Assembly: GCA_043803945.1 (NCBI GenBank)
Contig: JAZDJN010000016.1
Coordinates: forward strand, 32,001-96,000
Length of the DNA: 64,000 nt
Reading direction: 5' to 3'
Source of the DNA: a bacterium
GTDB lineage: Bacteria; Bacteroidota; Ignavibacteria; UBA10030
Part shown: piece after piece, positions 10,621-21,402 of the stretch
Position numbering within the stretch: position 1 is the first letter of the stretch
How the letters are laid out: each line of letters opens with the position of its first letter
Made by a program: the position numbers and the translations under genes
The notes under the pieces: model-generated
Told to the model about the DNA's origin: nothing
The model's input: only the letters and a program-made list of their open reading frames with translations
The model's database searches: none

Positions 10621-13600
10621 CTACGATTTTACCACTGACTCGTTGAATCGTACCGAGACCAGTTTGGATATCCCCTCTTCTTCCATCGTCACTCCATAAA
10701 GTGCATTGGCAGATTCCATTGTCCGCTTGTTATGAGTAACAACAATGAATTGGGTATTGTCGGAGAACCTCTGTATGATTCTTGTGAACCGATCGATATT
10801 CGTATCGTCCAGGGGAGCATCAACTTCATCGAGAATACAGAACGGCGAGGGTTTCACCAGATAGATAGCAAAGAGGAGCGCAATCGCCGTTAATGTTTTT
10901 TCACCCCCCGAAAGGAGATCAATGGATGTCGGTCGTTTCCCGCGGGGCTTTGCGATAATCTCAATTCGCGCCTCAAGGGGGTCGACTCCTTCTTCAAGTT
11001 TCAGATCGCACTCATCCCCCTCATCGAAGAGTCCTTTAAAAGTCGTAATAAAGTTCTCACGAATGAGGCCGAAGGTTTCCAGAAATTGCCGTTGAGCAGT
11101 TGTATTAATCTCTTCGATCGTTGTGAGCAGTGTTTTTTCGGAATCGGTGAGATCCTGTCGCTGCGCATTGACAAAATCGAGCCGCTCTTTTTCACTTTTA
11201 TACTCATCAAATGCCGCAAAATTGACTGCACCGAGTGTGCGGATTTTTTCTTTCAGCCCTCGTACTTCTTCCCGGGCGGCATGGAAATCGAACGACTCAT
11301 TATCCTCAAAGGTCTGCAAAGCGAGTTCGAGATCAAATTCTTCCTTTGCCCTCCCTTTCAAATTTTCCGACTTCATGGTGAGTTCCTGAATCTTGAACTC
11401 GAGGTCGTGGGCAGCTTTCAGAGATCCTTCATGTTTGAGGCGTTCATCTTTGAGCTTGAGTTCGATCTCGTGCACCTGTGAGCGTTTTTGACCATGTTCC
11501 TGCTCAACCTCCACCTTCTTCTCGGTCAGGAGTGCAAACTCCGAGCGAACCGCAGTCAAAATCTCCTCTGTTTCTTTAACGACGGTTACCAACTGTTCGA
11601 TTTCTTCCCGTGCGGCAACAATGTCGGCGTTTCTCTGCTCGAATGTCGCAAGCAGTGATCGCGTCGTTGAAGTTGCATGGTCGATTTCCTGAAGCACACT
11701 CCGTTCTTCCCCCCTCGTGGAAACCACTTGCATATTCGCTTCATTAGCGACGCGCGAATATTCAATCCATAACGCTTCCATCGTTTCGAGTTCACTTGCC
11801 GATGAGCCAGAGAGCCTCTCAGTTTCAGATTTTTCAATTTCCATCTGCGAAAGGCGCGGCCCGAGGAGGTCAAGTTCCCGCTGAAGTTCTGCCGCTTCCT
11901 GTTTCATTCGATCGCCTTCAGCACGATTTCGGAGGATACTTTCGTGCGCTCGTTTCTTTTCGAATTCCAATTGAGCGATACGGATTTCAACCATCGTCAT
12001 CTGCTGTTCGAGAGTCTTCGCCTCCTCCCTCATCCCCTTGATATCAATTCCGGCGAGATCCTGATGTTTCTCCTGAATCTGTGCAGCAGTCTTCTCCCGT
12101 TTACGGATAAGGTTATTGATTTCCCCGGTGACCTCCTCGTATTGCTTGCGCCGTCCGATGAGCCCTCCCTCATCCTGACGGAGACTTCCTCCTCGGACAA
12201 GGCCGCGGTCGGTGATGATTTCCCCTTCCAGAGTCACGCAGCGGATACCCCGCTCTTTTAAGAGAATCCGTTTTGCGGTGTATACATTTTCCACAATAAG
12301 GGTATCGTCGAGCAGTACCTCATAGAGATGACGAAACCGTTCTTCAGTTTCAATCACAGCACTTGCCCATCCTATAACATCCCCATCCGCATAGAATGGG
12401 CGATGCGACATCAACTTGGGCAGGCGGTCCAGACAGATAAAGGTCGCTTTGCCTTTCTGGCCGCGCTTTAAATAGTCGATAGCGCTGTAAGCATCATCTG
12501 TGGAATCAACGATGACATAACTGACCGAATCACCGAGAGCAGTTTCGAGAGCAACCCGGTAGCGCGGATCGATTGTTACTGCTTCACCGACGGTTGAGCG
12601 AACTTTCGGCTTCCACTCCTCCTGAGTGATCAGATACCGGGCACCATCCGAATAGCCATCGAAGTTTTCTATCAATCCCTTGAGAAAATCTAGTTTCGCT
12701 TCCTTACGCTCCAATCCGCTGCGGAGATCGAAATCATCATTTTTCAACTCCTCGATCTCGTGCTGTACTTCAACCTTTCTTGCTTCGAGGGCACGTACGT
12801 GTGTCTCTGCTTCGGCATGCTGCGCACGGAGTGTCCGATCCTCCTTGGTCAGCGTCGTGATGAGTTCAACATTTCGTTCGATATCAACTGATGCAGCCCG
12901 CTCTTCCTCAGCGATATATTCCATCCTGCCGTTGATGTTTTCAATTCTCGCTTTCGCCTGATGCTGTCTGTCGCGGGATTCAGATATTTCATGGAGTACC
13001 ACGATGATCCGATCCTGATAGGCTTTAACTTCTATCTTCTTTGCATTCAACTGCAGTTCGAACTCTTCAAGCACGCTTTTCTTCTGTGCATACAATGCTT
13101 CGGCCTGGATCAATCGCTCCCGTACTTGTCGAAGGCCAGCCTCATAGTTTGCCAAACGCCGTGCGACATCTTCCTGGCGTTCACGGATTTGAACCTTTTC
13201 ACGCTCATACCGTTCAATATTGTTCACCTGCGAACGCCGGCGTTCATTCGACGTTGCGATCGTTCGTTCTAGCTGGTGCATTCGGGACTGCTGTTCTGTA
13301 GCATCGGTTTGCAGCTCAGACAACCGGTCTTCCAGTTCCCTCATTTCTGTCCGCAGGACATCGAGCAGCGTTTCTTCCTGGGAGAGTTCGACATCGATCT
13401 TGTTTTTCTCGGTGACAACAACGTTTAGTTGTTCCTGCAGAGGAGCAATCTTCGTCACAATGCTGGCATACTCGCGGCGAGCGAGCATCATTTCGAGCTC
13501 TTTCAATTGTTGGGCGAACTCGTTAAAACGTTCTGCCTTTTGTGCCTGGCGCTCGAGAGAATTCACCGCCTTCTGAACTTCTCGAACAATATCGTTGACA

Positions 13601-14169
13601 CGGGTCAGGTCGTGCTGGACACTTTCCAACCGGCGATAGGCCTCTCTCCGACGATGCTTATATTTTGTCACGCCTGCCGCCTCTTCAAACAACCGACGAC
13701 GTTCATCGGCGCGATCGCTTAGGATAGTCTCGACCATTTTCAGCTCAATCACTGAATAGGCATCCGAACCCATTCCCGTATCCATAAAGAGATCGCGGAT
13801 ATCTTTCAGCCTGCAGAGAGTTTTATTGATGTAGTATTCACTCTCCCCGGAGCGGTACACGCGCCGGGTAATGACAACCTCTGTGAACTCTGTCGGGAGA
13901 ATACCTTTGGTGTTCTGAATGGTGAGAGAAACTTCAGCGACACTTAATGGTTTCCGGTTTTTTGTACCATTGAAAATCACATCTTCCATCTTATCGCTTC
14001 GCAGTGTGGTGGGGCGCTGTTCACCCAGCGCCCATCGGATAGCATCGACAACGTTGGTCTTACCGCAGCCGTTCGGGCCAACGATACTCGTGATCCCGGC
14101 ATCGAATGTCAAATTAACTTTCTGGGCAAAGGACTTAAAGCCGAAAATATCAAGCTTTGAGAGATACAT
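10621..14169 (-). CDS. smc: Chromosome segregation protein SMC
   Basis: GFKSFA, Walker A GPNGCGKT, long coiled coils, hinge GEIITDRGLVRGG, LSGGE signature, LDEVDAPLD. Confidence 0.97.
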   Translation of the reverse strand: MYLSKLDIFGFKSFAQKVNLTFDAGITSIVGPNGCGKTNVVDAIRWALGEQRPTTLRSDKMEDVIFNGTKNRKPLSVAEVSLTIQNTKGILPTEFTEVVITRRVYRSGESEYYINKTLCRLKDIRDLFMDTGMGSDAYSVIELKMVETILSDRADERRRLFEEAAGVTKYKHRRREAYRRLESVQHDLTRVNDIVREVQKAVNSLERQAQKAERFNEFAQQLKELEMMLARREYASIVTKIAPLQEQLNVVVTEKNKIDVELSQEETLLDVLRTEMRELEDRLSELQTDATEQQSRMHQLERTIATSNERRRSQVNNIERYEREKVQIRERQEDVARRLANYEAGLRQVRERLIQAEALYAQKKSVLEEFELQLNAKKIEVKAYQDRIIVVLHEISESRDRQHQAKARIENINGRMEYIAEEERAASVDIERNVELITTLTKEDRTLRAQHAEAETHVRALEARKVEVQHEIEELKNDDFDLRSGLERKEAKLDFLKGLIENFDGYSDGARYLITQEEWKPKVRSTVGEAVTIDPRYRVALETALGDSVSYVIVDSTDDAYSAIDYLKRGQKGKATFICLDRLPKLMSHRPFYADGDVIGWASAVIETEERFRHLYEVLLDDTLIVENVYTAKRILLKERGIRCVTLEGEIITDRGLVRGGSLRQDEGGLIGRRKQYEEVTGEINNLIRKREKTAAQIQEKHQDLAGIDIKGMREEAKTLEQQMTMVEIRIAQLEFEKKRAHESILRNRAEGDRMKQEAAELQRELDLLGPRLSQMEIEKSETERLSGSSASELETMEALWIEYSRVANEANMQVVSTRGEERSVLQEIDHATSTTRSLLATFEQRNADIVAAREEIEQLVTVVKETEEILTAVRSEFALLTEKKVEVEQEHGQKRSQVHEIELKLKDERLKHEGSLKAAHDLEFKIQELTMKSENLKGRAKEEFDLELALQTFEDNESFDFHAAREEVRGLKEKIRTLGAVNFAAFDEYKSEKERLDFVNAQRQDLTDSEKTLLTTIEEINTTAQRQFLETFGLIRENFITTFKGLFDEGDECDLKLEEGVDPLEARIEIIAKPRGKRPTSIDLLSGGEKTLTAIALLFAIYLVKPSPFCILDEVDAPLDDTNIDRFTRIIQRFSDNTQFIVVTHNKRTMESANALYGVTMEEEGISKLVSVRFNESVVKS

Positions 14170-16838
14170 TACCCTAAGTTCCTTGTAAGGTTCGAGAGAA
14201 ACTCAATTTGCGAGACAATTGCCAAGGTATTTTCGTAGTAGAAGAACAGCCCGCCAAACACAATGATGATAGCGAAAAATCCACCAACATAAGCCTGCGT
14301 TGAATTCACATCAAAGAGGACAGCAACACCCTTCAAAATTCTGATAATCGACCAGGCGATAAAAATTCCTATCACTGCAAAGGCTGGAAGAACGTAGAAA
14401 TTGGTCTGTAAAAGTTTGAAGAGAGCCATTCCCAGCGGACTGAGTAAAATAATGGGCAGGGAACCCCACACTGCCACTGTGAACGAATGATATGTTGAAA
14501 CTCTCCGCTTGACGAGGATGGATAGTATAAGAATTACAAACGTAAGGATGAGCGCCAACACGAGGAACAGCATGGTGAAGAACAGGATCCCAATGAACGG
14601 ATTCCACGCTGCGATGATTATGATCTCTTTGATCCAATCCCATGGGATGAACAGTGTTAACACAAGGTCAACCAATTTGTTAGTTCTGTAATTATATAGA
14701 ATACCTGACGTTATCAAACCCATCGTAATTGAGAGAATGATGATCATGAAAATGGATTGAGGAATGGAGACGCTATGAACATCTCTCAACTCGGCATAGA
14801 AATTATACGGACGGATCAACGAACGGATTAACGTCTCTTTAAACCGCCTGTTATAGTTATAAAGATAGGCAGTGAGAGCAATGATGGCAAAACCAAGGAG
14901 AATATGAGAAAATGGTAAGAGAGAACGGTACTCACCGAGTTTCAAGGCCTTTCGCTTTTCCCCATAGTACAGCAGCCGGAGAGTCTCATATGAAGCTCTC
15001 TTCTCGCGTGCAAGGCTCATAATCCCAACAGGATGAAGATAGGGATCTTCCGATTGTACCGAGAGCAGCGGTCTGTCTCCTCTCCAATCTGTAAACGCGA
15101 GTGCGAAGGAACCAGCGATATTCACCTCGTGAATAGCCTGGAACATCTGTTCGTAAAACTTTGCCTGCGCTAATTGGGACAGTGGATCGCTATAGCCATT
15201 GGAATTGTTATGAGCCACGACCCGGCTATAGCCGAGGAGAATGACAGGCTGATTTGTGTGATCCTTCTTCCATTCCGTCAATTGCTTTTTAAATGTTTTC
15301 ACGAACTCAGGAGGCGAACTAACCAATCTTCCCTGGACGCTGTTTCCGATAGGGATTTGGACTGCAGCAATATCAACGGCATCGGTGCAGACATCATTTG
15401 TAAGCATCGAGGATCCGAAGTAAATGGGCCGGGCGTCGAGTGACTTCATCTGCGACACGATCTGGTCAACAAATCCTCTCGCCCGCGGATCCGATGAATC
15501 GAACTGATCACCGATGCCCCATGCAATCACCGACGGTTGATGCTGATCCCGTTCTATCATTTCGCCGATCATTGTTTCCGCGAGGCTGACGAATACACCT
15601 TGGCCGAGAATTTCACCTGCCACATTCCACACCGGCGCCTCGATCAACGCGAGTAATCCGTACTTGCTGCAAAGGTCGAGCATGGAAGGGTGCGGCGGAT
15701 GGAAGGCGAAGCGGATTGTATTCGCTCCCGTCATTTTGATCAATGCAATATCTTTTTCCATCTGCTCATAGGTGAGCGTTGCACCATGCTTCGGCGAATC
15801 CTCCATCCAAACAATTCCATTCAGGATCACTGAATTTCCATTGAGGATAAATCGATCTTTCTTTATTTCAAATCGCCGGAAACCTATCGGCAAGGACATG
15901 ACATCAACAAGGTGCCTCCTCTTACCTTCGGCAATTGTGATTTTGCCCCGAAGGCTGTACAGATCCGGCGTCTCTATATTCCAAAGCTTCGGTGCGTTCA
16001 CCACGAGCAAAGTACTGACTTCATAATTTCTATTCGGCGGAACCGAGACAGCTTGCGGTACGGATTCTCCGAGCGAAGCTCCAGTTGAACGATCGACCAC
16101 CTCGATGGAGAAGAATGACTGCGAAGATCGGATACGATTGCTTAATGAGTCTGACGTCGTGTCGAATATTTTACTATTCAGGATGGCTTTTACATTTACC
16201 ATACCCTGTTTGAAATCGTCACTCACACCCATCCGCACAACCATCCGGTCAACCCAAAGCTTTGGCGTTGCCACCAATATGATATCGCGGAGAATACCTC
16301 CATAATTTTTCCATCCCCAGACTTGTTTTCGAACCGGGAGTGTGGCACGTGCACTGACCTCATTGGTGACCACCACCTTGAGGATATTCTCACTACCGAG
16401 CTGGAGCGTGTTCTCCGGGATATCTAATTCGATTTGGGTGTACCCGCCTGAATGCCGCCCGATAAAGACATCGTTTATGTAAAAATCAGATTCATAATTA
16501 ACGCCAAGAGCAACCAATTGAAAAGCATAAGAGGAAAGGAGTTCTTCGCTCACAGAAAATTTTCTCAGAAGTGTTACCTTTCCTTCATAATCGAAGGAGG
16601 AAGGAATCTTTACATCAATCCAACGTTCTTCATTCAGTGAATACTTCCACATCCCTGCAAGATCAATCTTCTGCCGAGTTGGAGATTCCGAGAGTATCCC
16701 ACCATCAACACTTTTAAAAAATGGCTGCCCATTTTCATAAACCTTCAATTGCCCCATAGCTATCCCTGGGAAAAGGAGTAAAAGGAAAAGAAGGATGGTG
16801 GGAAAATCCTTGAAAAGAGTTTGATTAATCTTTGTCAA
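14169..16838 (-). CDS. GH2-like (beta-galactosidase/glucuronidase fold) protein with signal peptide and C-terminal multi-pass membrane domain
   Basis: GH2 hallmarks WKNYGGILRDI, PKLW..ETPDLY, IGFR, GANTIRFAFHPPHP, ERDQHQPSVIAW; ~250 hydrophobic C-terminal residues. Confidence 0.8.
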   Translation of the reverse strand: MTKINQTLFKDFPTILLFLLLLFPGIAMGQLKVYENGQPFFKSVDGGILSESPTRQKIDLAGMWKYSLNEERWIDVKIPSSFDYEGKVTLLRKFSVSEELLSSYAFQLVALGVNYESDFYINDVFIGRHSGGYTQIELDIPENTLQLGSENILKVVVTNEVSARATLPVRKQVWGWKNYGGILRDIILVATPKLWVDRMVVRMGVSDDFKQGMVNVKAILNSKIFDTTSDSLSNRIRSSQSFFSIEVVDRSTGASLGESVPQAVSVPPNRNYEVSTLLVVNAPKLWNIETPDLYSLRGKITIAEGKRRHLVDVMSLPIGFRRFEIKKDRFILNGNSVILNGIVWMEDSPKHGATLTYEQMEKDIALIKMTGANTIRFAFHPPHPSMLDLCSKYGLLALIEAPVWNVAGEILGQGVFVSLAETMIGEMIERDQHQPSVIAWGIGDQFDSSDPRARGFVDQIVSQMKSLDARPIYFGSSMLTNDVCTDAVDIAAVQIPIGNSVQGRLVSSPPEFVKTFKKQLTEWKKDHTNQPVILLGYSRVVAHNNSNGYSDPLSQLAQAKFYEQMFQAIHEVNIAGSFALAFTDWRGDRPLLSVQSEDPYLHPVGIMSLAREKRASYETLRLLYYGEKRKALKLGEYRSLLPFSHILLGFAIIALTAYLYNYNRRFKETLIRSLIRPYNFYAELRDVHSVSIPQSIFMIIILSITMGLITSGILYNYRTNKLVDLVLTLFIPWDWIKEIIIIAAWNPFIGILFFTMLFLVLALILTFVILILSILVKRRVSTYHSFTVAVWGSLPIILLSPLGMALFKLLQTNFYVLPAFAVIGIFIAWSIIRILKGVAVLFDVNSTQAYVGGFFAIIIVFGGLFFYYENTLAIVSQIEFLSNLTRNLG

Positions 16839-16901
16839 TTCGATGATTAGGCTGTAAAAGAAGTGCCGATTTTCTTAAAAAATCAGCGGATTTTGCCCTG
16901 C

Positions 16902-16930
16902 AATATAATGCAAAAAGTGGCTGAAATCAA
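16902..16930 (-). promoter_or_regulatory. Putative sigma70 promoter for the GH2-like/smc/lpx operon
   Basis: TTGATT-N17-TATATT on the minus strand. Confidence 0.55.
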
Positions 16931-17025
16931 CGGAAAATACGGATTTTGCAAAAAATAAAAGGGATTTTTTTGGCAAAAAACCCCTCTTTGGAATATTTCT
17001 TAAGGCTTGATTCAGATATGAATTA

Positions 17026-17787
17026 TTATGGAATGGCTGACTTGATGATGGCGGAAAAAGAGTCAGCTTTAAGGCAAGCACCACCCACCAAAGCTCCATC
17101 GATATTTGGTTGTGACAGCAGGACCGCAGAATTATCCGGCTTAACGCTTCCCCCATATTGTATAACAACTTGTTCAGCAATGGCTGCTGTATATATTTCA
17201 CCGATCAGGTTTCTGATCAAAGCATGAACCTCTTCTGCCTGCTGCGGTGTGGCATTTTTCCCGGTGCCAATTGCCCAGACCGGTTCATAAGCAATGATGG
17301 AGGCTGCGACATCCTGAGCCTGGATGCCGTTCAAGACACCCCGCACTTGAGCAGAGACTACCTGTTCAGTGACACCTCCCTCCCGCTGTTCGAGTGTTTC
17401 ACCGACACAGATGATGGGTATCAAACCAGAGGCAAGTGCTTTTTTCGCTTTTCGATTAATAAATTCATCCGTCTCGTTGAAATATTGCCGCCGTTCAGAG
17501 TGTCCAAGGATGACGTACTTGCAGCCGACAGATTTCAACATAGAAACCGACACCTCACCAGTGAAGGCACCTTCCTCTTCAAAATACATATTCTGTGCCC
17601 CAAGTTGAATCGCACTCCCTTCGAGAAGTGTTTTAGCACTCTCAAGGGAAACAAACGGTGGACAGATGATTGCTATAATATTGGAGGGAACACCTGCCAA
17701 GGCGGACTTTAATCCATTGACAAGTTCATGCGTCTGAGGAAGATTCTTATTCATCTTCCAATTGCCGGCGATTATTTTTGGTCTCAT
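17026..17787 (-). CDS. tpiA: Triosephosphate isomerase
   Basis: AGNWKMN, GAFTGEVS, LGHSERR, AYEPVWAIGTG, YGGSV, LVGGA. Confidence 0.98.
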   Translation of the reverse strand: MRPKIIAGNWKMNKNLPQTHELVNGLKSALAGVPSNIIAIICPPFVSLESAKTLLEGSAIQLGAQNMYFEEEGAFTGEVSVSMLKSVGCKYVILGHSERRQYFNETDEFINRKAKKALASGLIPIICVGETLEQREGGVTEQVVSAQVRGVLNGIQAQDVAASIIAYEPVWAIGTGKNATPQQAEEVHALIRNLIGEIYTAAIAEQVVIQYGGSVKPDNSAVLLSQPNIDGALVGGACLKADSFSAIIKSAIP

Positions 17788-17847
17788 GGCGGTTATCGTA
17801 ATAGTTATGATTTGAAATTATTTATTCAATCTTCTATGGCCTCGTTG

Positions 17848-19311
17848 TTACTTCAGTGCATCTAATTTCTTCTTTAGCAGCTCATTCACAATTTTTGGAT
17901 TCGCTTTGCCTTTGGTTGCTTTCATCGTTTCGCCAACAAAGAATCCAAATACCTGACTCTTGCCATGCAGGTATGCCTGAACCTGAGCTTCATTCCGCTC
18001 CAGAACATCGGTGATGATCCGTTCAATCTCTCCATGGTTGCTGACCTGTACGAGGCCTTTTCGTTCAACGATTTGTGATGGTGCCTCCCCCGACTTCAGC
18101 ATTTCATCAAAGACCTCTTTCGCAATCTTGCTGCTAATCGTACCACCGGCAATCAAATTGATCATGGCTGACATATGCTGAGGCGGAACGGGAAAATCCG
18201 CAATACTTTTATACTTTTCATTGACCACCCGCAGAACATCACCCATCATCCAGTTGCTGGTCAGTTTGTAGCTTTCACTCACTTTTTCCTTTAACGATCC
18301 GATAACCGACTCATAAAAATCAGCAAACCTGCGATCCTGAGTCAGGATTGACGCGTCATAGGATGGGAGATTAAACTCCCTGATAAAGCGATTCCTGCGG
18401 ATTGTGGGATCTTCGGGAAGGGCTGAGCGGATCCGATCTCTCCAATTCTCGTCGACCCGAATGGGAATGAGATCCGGATCGGGGAAGTAGCGATAATCGT
18501 GCGCTTCCTCTTTTGAACGCATCGCCGTGGCGATACCCTGGTCGGCGTTCCAAAGTAATGTTTCCTGTACGACTTGTTCTTGATGTTCAAGCAGGCCAAT
18601 TTGCCGATTGATTTCAAACTCCAGCGCCTTTTCAACGAAGCGGAATGAATTCAGATTTTTTAACTCCGTCTTTGTGCCAAAGCTGCTCTCGCCTTTCCGC
18701 CTCACTGAGATGTTTGCATCACAACGCAAACTCCCCTCCTCCATGTTGCCATCGCAGATATCGAGATAGGTGACCAGTTGTTTGATCTTGGTAAGATAAA
18801 GATAGGCTTCTCTTGGAGAACGGAGATCCGGCTCGCTGACAATTTCGATAAGTGGAACTCCGCAACGGTTCACGTCAACCAGGGTATCGGCATCAAGATC
18901 GTGAATGGATTTACCTGCATCCTCCTCGATATGAATACGTGTAATACCAATGCGCTTACTCGAACTGTCTTCAAGCTCAATTTCGATGAAGCCATTGGAA
19001 CAGATTGGTTCTTCATACTGTGAGATCTGGTAACCTTTGGGGAGATCAGGATAGAAATAATTCTTACGGGCAAATATTGATTCTGGAACAATGGTGCAAT
19101 TTGTCGCGAGACCCATCTTCATGGCAAATTCCACCACTGAGAGATTAAGTACCGGTAACACTCCCGGCATACCGAGACAAACGGGGCAGACATTGGAATT
19201 CGGTTCATTGCCGAATGTCGTCGAACAACCGCAAAACGCTTTTGACTGTGTTAAGAGCTGTGCATGGACTTCCAATCCAATGACCGGTTCATATCGCTCG
19301 TCCCTACCCAT
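17848..19311 (-). CDS. gatB: Asp/Glu-tRNA amidotransferase subunit B
   Basis: IGLEVHAQL, RKNYFYPDLPKGYQISQ, EEGSLRCDANIS, MRSKEEAHDYRYFPDPDL. Confidence 0.98.
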   Translation of the reverse strand: MGRDERYEPVIGLEVHAQLLTQSKAFCGCSTTFGNEPNSNVCPVCLGMPGVLPVLNLSVVEFAMKMGLATNCTIVPESIFARKNYFYPDLPKGYQISQYEEPICSNGFIEIELEDSSSKRIGITRIHIEEDAGKSIHDLDADTLVDVNRCGVPLIEIVSEPDLRSPREAYLYLTKIKQLVTYLDICDGNMEEGSLRCDANISVRRKGESSFGTKTELKNLNSFRFVEKALEFEINRQIGLLEHQEQVVQETLLWNADQGIATAMRSKEEAHDYRYFPDPDLIPIRVDENWRDRIRSALPEDPTIRRNRFIREFNLPSYDASILTQDRRFADFYESVIGSLKEKVSESYKLTSNWMMGDVLRVVNEKYKSIADFPVPPQHMSAMINLIAGGTISSKIAKEVFDEMLKSGEAPSQIVERKGLVQVSNHGEIERIITDVLERNEAQVQAYLHGKSQVFGFFVGETMKATKGKANPKIVNELLKKKLDALK

Positions 19312-19349
19312 CGTTCAATTCACCCTTGATCAGTAATGCGATTGCCGGA

Positions 19350-20512
19350 TTATGCGGCAATGGCCTTGGTTACTTTCTCAGCGGCCTCTTTCAAACTTGT
19401 CGCAACCAGAAATCTGAGTCCAGAGTTTTTCAGTATCTCACCGGCGAGTTCTGCGTTCGTGCCGGCAAGCCTGACGACAATCGGCACCTGGACCTGGACA
19501 TTCTTCGCAGCCTCAACGACACCGGTAGCCACCCGATCGCACCGAACGATCCCGCCAAAAATATTGATGAGCCCGCTTTCACATTTGGATCTTTGAGAAT
19601 GATCCGGAAGCCGGCTTCGACGGTCTGCGCATTTGCACCGCCGCCGACATCGAGAAAGTTTGCCGGCATACCGCCCGCAAGTTTAATGATGTCCATCGTG
19701 GCCATGGCCAGGCCGGCGCCATTCACCATGCAGCCGACATTGCCATCGAGTTTGATGTAATTGAGATTAGATTTGGACGCTTCGATTTCCAGAGGATCTT
19801 CCTCATCGAGATCGCGCATCTCAAGAACTTCCGGATGCCGATAGAGAGCATTATCATCGAAATTCATCTTGGCATCCAACGCGAGCACCTGCCCTTCCTG
19901 TGTTATCACAAGAGGATTGATCTCCGCCAGCGATGCATCCGATGCATCGTATGCTTTATAGAGAGCAAGCAGAAATTTCACTCCATTCTTGAATGCATCA
20001 CCGGTTAGGCCCAGTCCGAAGCATAATTTTCTTGCCTGGTATTGCTGCAAACCGATTCCCGGTTGGACATATTCTTTCAGGATTTTTTCCGGAGTTTCTG
20101 CTGCCACTTTTTCGACCTCAACACCGCCTTCAGTGGAAACCATGACGACGTTTTGCGAGCGGCTCCGGTCGAGTGTGATGCCAACGTACATCTCCCTGGC
20201 GATATTCATTCCCTGTTCGATGAGCAGGCGTTTCACGATCCGGCCTTCCGGACCTGTTTGATGTGTGATCAACCGCATACCGAGAATCTCGGAAGAGCGA
20301 TCGCGCACCTCATCGAGACTGCGGGCAAGTTTTATTCCTCCTCCTTTGCCGCGGCCGCCGGCATGAATCTGGGCTTTGACAACCCAAACCGGTCCGCCGA
20401 TTGCCTCCGCAGCCCGCACGGCATCATCGACATTAAAAGCTACTTTGCCTATTGGAACCGGAACATGATACTTCTTGAGAATTTCCTTGCCTTGATATTC
20501 ATGAATTTTCAT
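19350..20512 (-). pseudogene. sucC: Succinate-CoA ligase beta subunit with an apparent 1-bp deletion near 19573
   Basis: [49 protein letters not shown]. The frame breaks at GTG AAA GCG G^G CTC ATC and continues as [12 protein letters not shown]...VVRLAGTN in another frame. Confidence 0.9.
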
Positions 20513-20532
20513 GTGATCTCCTGCCTAAATAA

Positions 20533-21045
20533 TCAATCGTTCTCTTGTTCATTGCCTTCTTCTTCAAGATTGGATTCGCTCCAGGATTCGAGCAATTCCA
20601 ATGCTGTAAAATAATCCGGGATCGGTACAAAAACTTTCGCCGGCTTGCTCAGATTGCTCCGCGAAATAATCGAATCTCCTCCCCCATCCCACACAAATCC
20701 GATCGAGTTAAAATTCTGAACCTGCACCTTGAATCCGTTGGAAATCAATAATTCTCTGGCTAAACCGGCATCGACAATATCCGTTGCCTCAAAGACCATC
20801 GCCCAATCTTCCACAACGGCAATATCATCGTGTGGTTTGCAGAATGTTCGTCCCATCGTCATTGATGAGCAAGATTTGCACACCGGTTGATGGCAGAGGA
20901 TACATACTCCAACTGCTTGCTGATCGGTATGAATTTCGCACATTGCAGATTGAGCAGAATTGAAGAGAAGTCCACAATGCGGACAAAAATCGCTGTCTTC
21001 TGTCACCTCTCCACTGCAATTGTGGCATGTGAATAGTTCGCTCAT
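20533..21045 (-). CDS. Zinc-ribbon / B-box-like protein with a DUF2007-like C-terminal domain
   Basis: CHNC..FCPHCG; C..H.....GVCILCHQPVCKSC...FCKPH; C-terminal W..VF....DAGLARELL...G...KVFVP. Confidence 0.65.
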   Translation of the reverse strand: MSELFTCHNCSGEVTEDSDFCPHCGLLFNSAQSAMCEIHTDQQAVGVCILCHQPVCKSCSSMTMGRTFCKPHDDIAVVEDWAMVFEATDIVDAGLARELLISNGFKVQVQNFNSIGFVWDGGGDSIISRSNLSKPAKVFVPIPDYFTALELLESWSESNLEEEGNEQEND

Positions 21046-21192
21046 GCTTCATTCCTCACGAGAGAATTTTCCTCAATGGTATTGGGGATTATCAAAATCC
21101 GTGATAAGGTATGAACGATTTCGGTCGTATGCAATGTTAACGAATTTTGTGTGCATGTCAGTTACAGAGGAAGGGGTAGCGGGCATTCCCTA

Positions 21193-21402
21193 TCATCCAC
21201 CACTAATGAGGTGAATCACTTCTACCCTGTCTCCATCTTGAAAAAAAGCAGAGGCATACTGATTACGCTTGATTAGAATACCATTGATGCGCACAACAAG
21301 ATGTGGAAACGAATACCGTTTGAGAACAAGCAGTTCACTAACCGTCAATGAAGCCCGGGTGGTATCCAATAACTCTTCCCGATTATTCAGGTGAATCCTC
21401 AT
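21193..21402 (-). CDS. thiS: ThiS/MoaD-family sulfur carrier
   Basis: Ubiquitin-like length, GDRVEVIHLISGG C-terminal diglycine. Confidence 0.88.
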   Translation of the reverse strand: MRIHLNNREELLDTTRASLTVSELLVLKRYSFPHLVVRINGILIKRNQYASAFFQDGDRVEVIHLISGG

